Below are positions 53,396 through 64,000 of a stretch of 64,000 nucleotides of DNA, in pieces. A program made the position numbers and the translations under genes. This stretch comes from Eledone cirrhosa (taxonomy: Eukaryota): positions 97,216,001 through 97,280,000 of the forward strand of contig OZ024743.1 of the NCBI GenBank assembly GCA_964016885.1, written 5' to 3'. Below the pieces are notes generated by a model. It ran no database searches. It was not told where the DNA came from and worked only from the letters and a program-made list of their open reading frames with translations. The first letter of the stretch is position 1; every line of letters begins with the position of its first letter.

Positions 53396-55104
53396 CCTTC
53401 ATATATATATATATTACATAGTTTTATATACAGAAAACACACATAATTTGTTTATAGAGAACACACACACTCACATACATATCTTGTATATACAAAGCAT
53501 ACACACACACACATACATATATACAGACACACACACACATATACACAAACATACACACATACATACACTCACATTACAGTATCTTATATTCTATTTCATA
53601 CGTATTTTTCGATAATAGAACGGTAATAGATTTTTCTGCTGTTATTATTAGTATTATTTCTTTTGTCTTCTCGTCATTCAATACGCCAGGGTTTTTTTTT
53701 CTTTCATACAGTTGGAGATGTTACATAGCAACAAGTCTTATTCTTTTCTACCCGTTCACGAAAGCCCAATGACAAATATCTCACGACAACCAAAGACGAT
53801 AAATGCGAACGTTTATTGAATTGACCGTAGTCTATTTTAAATATTAATGTTCCAGTTGTGCGATCCACGGCACAGCCTGCTCATGAAACTAACCTGAAAG
53901 TGACTGAGCATTCCACAGTCATGTGTAATTGTTCAGTAATCCACAGGGATATTCACCGTAACACACTGAGTGACATGCTGGCCATTTGAATTACAATTAC
54001 AGGCATCCGACCGGCCTCCAAAGAATTTCCGCCCACCCAATTTCATGGGTTGACTCGAGGCTATGATAAATGACATTTGTCTAAGACACCACGCTATGGA
54101 ATCAAATCTAGAACTTAATGATTGTGAAACTAACGTCTTAACCATTCGGCCATGCTACTCCGTTATATACTTCCTATACGTGAAGATGCGTGTCTTAATG
54201 GCTAAAGGGTTCGTCTCCGACAGTCATCAGTTAAATTTTCGGTGGTGCGTTTCCCCCTTAAAGAAGACACATTATACCAGATTGTTTACGCCCGTCAGCT
54301 GGAAAAAATAGTTGTAACTGTAATTGAAATGAATTAGCCTTGTTACATGACTAGACTATTCAGCCACTTACATGTTAAATTCACCAGCAGGCTTTCCTAT
54401 TGTTCGAACAACTGGAACACTCGTCATCGGAACCGACCGAAGTCCATCCGCTTATTAGAAATACTCGCTCTTTTGTTACATCAAATAAACATGATTTTAT
54501 TCTTTCTATTTGCCCCCAAGAAAGCCGGAAAATATATAAACTTTTAATTCTGTAGAATTTGTAGGAAAAATATCAACAACAATGGAAACAAAACAGATGT
54601 TGCAATTTTCTGATGAATTATAAAGTTCATTTCAAGATGTAGGCTACGGTAGTCATACTAGAGTGGATTACAGAAGGTACTTTGGAGAAATGTTTCTTTA
54701 TTTAGGTGGGAATTAGCCTGAAGATATATTTAGAGAGTTATAATAATGGACGTGTAATTTTTATGTCCTTTCGAAAGACTTTAGAAACGTAACTGACGTC
54801 ACATAGCCTACAACCAGAAATGAAAAATAAAAATTAGCTGAGTAGGAACATATATGTTCTATACAACGCTACATGTGTTTTTTAAAAGTTCGAATAAATT
54901 TCTGTCAGAATACTTTTACAGTTTATTAGAATTTAACTGAATTAATAAGGTGAAAGGAAGAACTGGCCCATAACACCAGATGGCGTCCTGATACATGGCG
55001 TTCTTTGGGCATTCTAAACCTTACGAAGCCCATCCTTCTTCAGGTATGAACACAGCCGATTTCGCCAAGAGAAGGTTAGTGAGAAAAATTGATTAAGGGT
55101 TACA

Positions 55105-55260
55105 GAGGAAGAATCGACCGCAGCATTAGGCTGGTATATTATTTATCGACCTTGAAAGGATGAAAAGCATACTTGACCCTAGAAGGATTTGAAACACAAA
55201 GAGCCGGAACAAATATGGAGGTATTTTTAATCCAACCCTCTAGCAATTCTTCTAATTCGT
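55105..55260 (-). mobile_element. Diverged SINE
   Basis: TTTATCGACCTTGAAAGGATGAAAAGC..GGATTTGAA. Confidence 0.6.
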
Positions 55261-58200
55261 AGCCGTAGGAATATATAAGACTATCGGCTAAATATGCGAT
55301 TAAAATGTTTCTAGAAATATAATTTTTGAATTTTCCGAACAAACTCACTCAAAAACATATCCTCATGTTTTTTTATTTATGATAATTTGAAGAGCTTTTT
55401 TTGTTTTTGTTTTTAGATCCTTTATAATTAATTGAGTATTTCATTTTGAGCATGATTATATATGCATAATTTTGTAATTAGTATTTGTTAATTAGTACTT
55501 TATCAGAATGATTTATGGCAGTTGCTTCACTTGTTTTTAGCTAAACGTCGTTAAGTAGACGCACGTGTTTGCGCAGGTAAAACACTGATGGATTAAACAA
55601 TGTGCTGAGTTAAAACAATTGGATCTCAATGTCATTGAAAGTGGATTAATCCAGGGGAAAGGCTGTCCATAAAATGAAAAACGCTAAGAAATCAGATAAA
55701 TGAATTAACAAAAATAAATGAACGAACACAATGAATGATTTAAGGAGCGTTTAGTAAGATTGAAATTTCAAGAATGTTTTGCTTTTTGCAAAGGCTAGGA
55801 GAATGCATATTAAACATAATATTGTTGCATAAAATTAAATATGTAGCCCCTTGAGATGGAAAGAATGGACAGAATCCCCCGCAGGAATCGAACCACGTCA
55901 CTGCTGCATGCCAGCATATTATTGTGAATATATTTTGTAGTAGCCATTGAAAGAAGCTAAACATGCTCATAAAAAATATATGAATAAATCTATCAACTTG
56001 CAAATAATACAAAGGTGGTTTCTATGTCATATGTAAATATTTATTGCTATGACGCATCTATCTCAATGGCTATAGTTAATATAATATATATTATGTATAG
56101 CGCTTACGCATCCTCTTGTAAAAAGCACAGAGAGCTAACGTTGATATTGTGTACAACACCTTTTGTTCAGAAAGATTATATAGATCGCTTTTAGATCTTG
56201 GATTTGACAATGAATAATAAAATAATATTTGACATGTTAATTCTATTGAACACATGTCTGTTCACAGTATGGCATAAAAGGTTTTTTTATCATTTCAATT
56301 TACATTAGTCTTCTATATCTCTTCCTTTCGAAAATTTTACTATCCCATATTCGTTCCACCCGTTCTATATATTTTTGTCACTTTTTAAAGATAGTCCTAT
56401 CTTGTTTGTATTGTTGAAATACCTTATGGGTTCGATATATTTTATGACCAATTTCATTGATAATTAAGTTTAAATTATACGGCAATGTACGCCCAATTCA
56501 TCAAAAATGTCAATTGTTATGGTATCAGGTACATTTACATAACTGAATTATGATGTAATGGGCGTGAAAACCTCTACTAATATTTTAGTACTTCATTCAG
56601 TGTCTCCCTGTTTTGAACACATGTCCCAAAGAAAACTTGATTGACTTTATTATCACTGAAATCGATGTCGATATGATGACATTATTCCGTACGTGTCTCA
56701 ACCTGGTAATAATAATCAATGTGTATTAGAATAGAACTATTAGAAGCATGTGTGCACTTGTGTTTATCAGGAAGGCTTGTTTACAAATGTGCACTTAAGA
56801 TATTTGTACTATTTACATAAATGCTTCAGTAGACAAACGTTATTCTCCTTTCAAGTAAAACATGTTTGTTTTATCCGTATATATCAAGTAAAGTAGCAAA
56901 CTCCAGAACAGATTGTAATAAAGGTGCAATGGGATGAATTCAATTTGATTGTAAAGACAGCTTTTTAACAAAAAAGGCAGCATAACCTACAAGCCTGGCA
57001 ATGTTTTGGGTGTCAGTTTGAAAGTAACAATGGATTAAGTAATATCTCAACAGGGAACACGTTCCTTTGTTACATTAGATGAGAGTAGAAGTTAAAATCT
57101 CTGAAAAGACTGCAGCAAGAAAAGTTAATTTTATTTTGTTTGATTGTATATTCTATGATAACAAATGGGAATTTCTGTGTGTGCGTCCGTATGACATTTT
57201 GGCTTCGGAGTTCATATTGTTCTAACATTATGAAATAAAATTTGACTTTTAATTATAATTAATTTGTTACACTGATACCTCCTAGAACAGAATCTATGGA
57301 GTATCTGAGAGGCGATAAAAGAAAAAAGAATAAAAGAAGAAGTGACACAGTTCTATTCAGAAATCAGGAGTTCGAATATCATTGAATGTGCTGTGCTGAT
57401 TCAATCATAAGTGTGTTTATTACTGGTTCATATCTCATCAATATAATTTAGTTGAGAATCGCCATTTCGTTGAGAATAAACGTCATTGTATTAAATTAAA
57501 TAAATTTCAAAACGAAATTAAACAGAACAGGTTCGTATCATTTGCGTGTCAAAAATATAGTTTTCTCTTTTTATGCATTTGTATTCATTGATAAAGTAAC
57601 ACATTAGGGAACTCACGTACACACACTAGCAGAAAATTGCCTGGAGTTTGGTATCTCTGCTACTTAACCAAATTTATGACAATGATTGATACGATACGAA
57701 AGTGTGAATATTTTACCTTGTTCCACCTTCGGTTACATCTATATAAAGGAATATAAAGTGGGTAGATAATAGGTTACAAACATTGTATATTCCTATGAGG
57801 CCAATAACAAATAACTACACATGCTAAGAAAGTTAGAGAAGGCTATCAGAGCGAAGGAGCTTCTACCTAATCGTTCGACCCAGTAAATGTAGCAGCCATA
57901 TTCCCGCAAATCACTAACGAGAATTCGAGACACAGAAAAGATATGTTCATTAACGAAATCCTACATATCCCTAAACAGTTGAGATTTTGCAAATGGAATA
58001 CCTTTCATCATCCTTATCCGTGACTCAACGCGATCACCAAAAATTACTACAATGAATATAGAATATACTCGATTAGATAGCATATAACAGGTAATACAAG
58101 AATGCGTTTGTTGGCTTATTTGATTTGCTTAAATACTATCACATGTTCACGTTTACATTCTATATAATAATATATTCCTCTAACAATTGCAGCTTAATAA

Positions 58201-61200
58201 TAAATTAATATATTCAGAATAACTTCTTTGTTGGGTAGAATAGTAACAGATCATTAATAATCATGACTTTCATATCTTTGTTCACAATTTTGTTTTACAG
58301 TGACGTGATGAGTGATTTTTGGAAGAATGGAATTTGCGAAACTGGAAATCTCCGTATTCAGTTATTGATCTTACCCTAAAAAATCTCAACTATAGCAATG
58401 ATTTCTAACAGAACTTGCTGTCAACGATATATGCTCGGAAGTTGACAGCTTTTCCCGTCAACTTTAACGGCCATACGTGAGGTGAAAAGGTAGCGCTGAC
58501 TTTTCTCTGCGGCAACGCTTTCACCATCTTATCCGTGGAGCACATTTGATATATAACGTCCATAAAATGGTGTAGACTTCCTTCGTCAACCCCCAACATT
58601 TCCTTCCCTTTTCTTTCTTTTTGTAGTTATTTTATAAACGTATTTTGAAATTATCGCTAAATAACAATTGGTTGTCACTCCTCTTCAATATAATACCTCT
58701 TAAAATGATACTTCTTCTCAATCACTCCATTGCATGATAATATACCGAAACGAATAATGCTGCTGGGCCATGGTTCTTAAAGGTCGAGAAATTAAATGCA
58801 ACTGAACCGCAGTGAATAATTTATAACACAAATTTCATACTATTTCCCGTCTACAAAAATGTATAAACGAACGAAGGACTTGTATAAAAAGAGTGTAGCA
58901 ATAAAAACCAACGATAGGAATCAGTCATTTATGGGATCTCTCAGTGGACACATGACTTCCCAGAGATGGCAGTCAAATCTCCTTAAGACGACACACTACC
59001 GTCTTAATGAAACTAAATACATATTGGATAATGTAATCCTTAGTAATCTATGTTGGTAAAAACAAAGTCGGGGTGGTAATCCCTGGGATATCTGTTATCG
59101 CATGTCTGCTCGTTGTGGACACACATTGGACTGACTAAACAACAACAAAAACTACTACTACTACTACTACTACTACATGTAATTTGTTAAAATAATATTG
59201 GAGAGCGTAATGGATTGAATATATCACAGTGTATTGCTATGTATTTCATCGATCTCAGTGACGTGAAGTCCAGTGGCAATGGAAATCAAAACTTTACAGA
59301 ATACTGCCAATCTAGCATTCTACTATTTCTCCCATTTCTAATTAGTTTTAGCGTCGCTGGAGCCAATCACTGCTTCACTTTATTTCTTTTTTTTATTTAT
59401 TTAAAAACTTGACTTATTTTATTTACAATAGTTTATAACTTTGCCTATTAATCCGTATGGTGAGCAAATGGGGTTCCACGTGCTGGCCTCCCCACAGCTC
59501 CGGCGGACAGGATGGAGAAGGCGTTTCTTCGGAGGGTGGTATCTATTTTATATGTATTTACTCATGCCTAGATTAGCCGTCTTCCTTTATTTATTATAAT
59601 GTCTCTGTTATATATATTTCAGTGACAGCTATTATTGGCTGTGACCTCATCAGGCAGTACGAATTAATGTAGAAAGAACAGGTAAACATGGTGCTGAAAT
59701 GTGTTCCACTCTGTCAATTCATCGATATGTCTAGCTCCTGGACATATATTAAAAACAAAGTCACAAATCTTAGCAAGTTAATAAATATGCTGATGGATTA
59801 TTTGTCTGTTTTGATGATTGGCATTCGAATGATAGATCGATTGAATTTCTATTTTTAAAATTAACCTGTAAGGTCCGGATACTCGTAAAGCAATTCTCAT
59901 TCTGAATCAATGTGAAACAATATGACAAAGCTGGACATTTGGTTTACATGTACACATTGTAGAGAGAGAGAGAGAGGGAGAGAGAGAGAGAGAGAGAATG
60001 GATTAGTAGATTATTAATTCTGAAACTTGGAATGTATCATAAACCATTGCAGGATTTGAACACAAAACACAGAGAACCCGAACAAATTCCGCAAGTTATT
60101 CCATCCGACGTTAACGCTTCTGCCAATTCATTGTCAAGACTGCAAATAAAGTGTTAATCGGTTACACGCTAGGGAAACGTGAGTTTGTAGTGTTTGTGAC
60201 CTCGTGTTTCTTTTTTTTTTTTTTGGGGGCTCACTAGCTAAGCAAAGCATTTACTTTATGTCCGTCAATTACACAACTGTGAAGTTTTGAAGAATATTTT
60301 CTAGCAAATATATTTGCAATATTCTGGATACTCTAGAACCAGAGAGTTTTACTCACGCGTTTAAACACAGTTGAACACAACTATGCCAGAAGATCCAGCA
60401 CCTGGGTATTGAGCGCCTTTATCTAGCCCTACATTGTGTGCCCGCTTTTCCCCCAGTTATGCACCTCATCCTCCCAAATAAAATAGTTTCAATTTACAGT
60501 TTGGTACACTGAAGAACGTAATTTCCGAAAGTTCTTTCTTGCTCTGACCACACTAACAAACTATTAGGCCTGCATTTTCCTCTACACAATCTACACTCAC
60601 CCACGCCAAATCACATGAAAGGTCATAACACTATATTCTGCACCACTTTGAATATTTCCACAATGCCATGTTGCGATTTATCAAATGAGATTATTTTGAT
60701 TTGATTTAGTCATATAAAGTTTTATAAAACTGTGATTCTTTAAGGATCAGTGATGCGTCTTTGTTATGTCTGCTTCCTAAGTATCTACCGAGTTGGTCTT
60801 AATGGTAGCACCACCCCTGCCTGAGATAACACTGAGAAGAAGGCTATATATTTCCTGCAGATGTTTACTAACATCATTTCCTCCCGTTATCATCTATTAT
60901 GAATAATTCTAATTTCTACTTGATTGAGTTATTTACTATTATAGCTATTCAGTGGACCAGAAAACCGAGATATGTTGAAACAATTAGTCAAACTAATCAA
61001 ACATTTAAATAGTTAATTAACGTTCTAATTTGCCAATAAATAGTCTAAGTAATGACAGAACCGCTACAATATTTAGTTAAGAGAACTATTCAGTAAGTTC
61101 AACGAACAACTAAATAACCAACAAAACTGCTATTAAGTTGAAACGACTAACATTTATTAAGGCCTTGTATATAATTATCAGATACCTAATAATTATCAGG

Positions 61201-62112
61201 TACCAATTAATTTCTATCATTATGTGTCGAACCAAGGAGAAACGCCTCTATGCACTCAATCGACTATATGTAGCAGCCATCTCACTTCAAATCATACCTT
61301 ACTGTCTGAAAATAAAAACGAAAGACTTAATGGATAACGTTGTTCTTAATGGACTAAATAGTAATGTAGTTCTTGCAGGACTAAATATTGATGGACAATA
61401 TCGCAATGGCCACGCCTTAAACACCTTTGAAATTTGGTTTACAAAATTGATTTATGATTTACGAAGCAGAAGCTGCTTCCATTCTTCCAAATAATAACTT
61501 CTCAATGTTGAGTGAGATACCAATATAAGAAATGTTTATAGTATTTTTAAAGCACATAATAAAAGTCCCTTTATCTAAATTTGATTACGTGTATTGCTGA
61601 TACTATCTCTACTTATGTATACCACGTAGACCTAACGAAGATGACTGTAAACAGTCACTCGCTTTGCTAGTGATAGCAACAACATTCCTCCCAAATCACA
61701 TAACAAGGAAATACAAAGGTGGAATTTATTGGGTAAAGTATATTAATAGAAAGAATGCTTTTTGCCATATGTCTGTTTATTTAATATTGCACATGAGATT
61801 AAGGAACAATAAAATCATGAACGTCCATTACATAAAAATGATATTCATCTTTTCGTCTTCGTCAGCAGCCCTTCACATTGGAGACTGAATTCATTGTCCA
61901 ACTAATCGTAGTCAGTATTCAATGTTAAACAAACTTCACTGTTGAATTATCAACAAGTAACAAAGGAATGTAAAAATAAGTATGTAATCACAATCACGCA
62001 GCATATTCGGGATCATAGGGACAAGGCGTACATATACAAATTAAAATACTCAATACTTGTAGAATGTGTGATGTAATTCAGAGACAAATTTTACAGAACT
62101 AATTCCATTTCG

Positions 62113-62600
62113 ATTGGCAGTATCGGTAAAGGGTCTGACGCCATGCTTTGCAGCATAGAGTTACGGCCCTTTAAGGTCTGAGCTCAAATCTCGCCGAGGT
62201 TAACTTTGCCTTTCGTCTATACGGGGTCGATAAAATAAAATACCAGTAATGCACTGGGCTAATTGCTGGCCTTGTGCCAAAAGTAGAAACAAAAGATTTT
62301 TTTACACGTCATACAAATTTGACAGATCATTCCAGGTATCTATATTGTGTATGGCGTATATAGCAAGGTTATTTCGTACACGGGTGGATGGCAGTATCGG
62401 TAGAGCATCGGACACCATGTGTCACGGCAGAGAGTTACGGCCCAATACGTTCTCAGTTCAAATCCAGCAGAGGTTAGCTTTGCCTTTCATCCTTATGGGT
62501 TCGATAAAATAAAGCACAATTGAGTATTGGGGTCGATTTAATCGACTTTCCCCTCCCCTTAAAATGGCTGGCCTTGTGCCTAGAGTAGAAACAATTATTT
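62113..62600 (+). mobile_element. Two adjacent SINE copies (62113-62292, 62382-62600)
   Basis: Each has TGGCAGTATCGG, a B-box-like motif, the core and the tail. Confidence 0.88.
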
Positions 62601-63025
62601 CACACACGGAATCATCAGCACAAATATTCTCTAAGGAGCCTACAATAATGGAAGCAACTTCGGCAGAGGAAGAAACGTTTATCTTTATCTGGGTGCGGAG
62701 AAATATTTCAAAGGGTGTATCTACATTGAGTTTAACTTATATATATATATATATATATATTCGATTTCATCTCTTTTTCTTTATACTTTCACTCGTGTAG
62801 GACACCTCGGTTATTTTTCAATTTGTAAAAAAAACCTCACTTTCTAATATATATATATATATATATTTGTTGTTTACAAACTCGGGATGTTTGTTTACAA
62901 ACACACCGAGCATTATAATAAATGTTCGGTAAATCCATACGTACATATATATATGTTTGCATGTATGTATATATATATACATACTACTGTACGTCTGTAT
63001 ACATATGTATGTACGTATATATACT

Positions 63026-63057
<32 letters not shown>

Positions 63058-63102
63058 CGTGTGTGTGCGTGTGTGTATGTAGATATATATATTATGTATA
63101 TG

Positions 63103-63135
<33 letters not shown>

Positions 63136-63148
63136 TTGTGTGTGTCTT

Positions 63149-63172
<24 letters not shown>

Positions 63173-63180
<8 letters not shown>

Positions 63181-63588
63181 TAACAGATTAAAGTTTAAGC
63201 AAGGAATCGCTGATTTCACCCTTAACGGGATCTTCTGAAACTACCAAAGTCAATCTGCGAACGCAGAAGTGAATATTTCAAAAAACGTTGCAACCGGAGG
63301 AAGACAGGAAGACGATACTTTGGTTCGTGGAAACGTTCCCTGGCAAAGAACGGGAAAAAACGAATATAATACGTCATTATTTGGAGCGGTGAAAAACAAT
63401 TACACGCAAAGACAAAACGACGTTTATAGTATAAAAGAACCAAAGTATCGTCTTCCTGTCTTCCTCCGGTTGCAACGTTTTTGAAATATCCACTTCTGCG
63501 TTCACAGATTGACTCTGTTAGTTTCAGAAGGTCCTGTTAAGGGTGAAAGCAGCGATTATTTGCTTAAACTTTAATCTGTTATTTTAAT
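63173..63588. mobile_element. Inverted-repeat element with ~153-bp arms next to (TA)n
   Basis: 63173-63326 is reverse-complementary to 63437-63588. The arms hold a degenerate HHR-like CAGAAG[A/G]-UCC..GGGU-GAAA. Confidence 0.8.
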
Positions 63589-63677
63589 AAATATTTGCTC
63601 TACGGTTCTTATATATTTGATATACATTTATCCTTATCGAGCCCTCTTTGGATTTTAGTCTTCAAATTTATTATTGT

Positions 63678-63715
<38 letters not shown>

Positions 63716-64000
63716 TCATATGTATGTTTGTGTTTATTTGTGAGTGTGTGCGGGTGTGTAAAGTTGTGTAGTGTGTCTGCAAGCAAGATTTGATTATAGT
63801 TAATTGTATATTTATTGCTAGCACTAAATATACAATTACTATGTTAATTTAGACGCCTATTTCATGCTTATTTTAACGGAAGAATGATATGTCGCACTTT
63901 AAACATGTTTAAACTTGAAGGTTTGTTTAATATGTACTTTTATAATTTACTCTTCATTTTGTCTAGCTTTCAAGTTTAATGTGTACTTTAAAATTCAGGT

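Noticed and set aside
58405-58599. 64-aa minus-strand ORF
   Set aside because: Short, with no recognisable motif.

Overview
AT-rich, microsatellite-dense eukaryotic DNA. The tRNA-derived SINE family and the repeat landscape suggest an octopus/cephalopod genome (inference from memory, not a search). I can support no intact host protein-coding gene; most listed ORFs are microsatellite read-through. The window holds three decayed Penelope-like retroelements (PLEs; RT + GIY-YIG), an R4/Dong-like element with a long open ORF plus a second fragment in a (CATA)n tract, RTE and CRE-like LINE fragments, many SINEs, a probable non-autonomous Helitron and a 55-bp minisatellite. The main signal the ORF track misses is about 21 minimal type I hammerhead ribozyme (HHR) motifs, folded by eye, from several families and nearly all in elements embedded in (TA)n. 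They occur in three architectures: PLE terminal repeats (pLTRs), non-coding fold-back elements with outward-pointing ribozymes, and 440-470 bp terminally redundant monomers resembling non-LTR retrozymes. Several carry core variants (U3:A8, C4, very long stem II).
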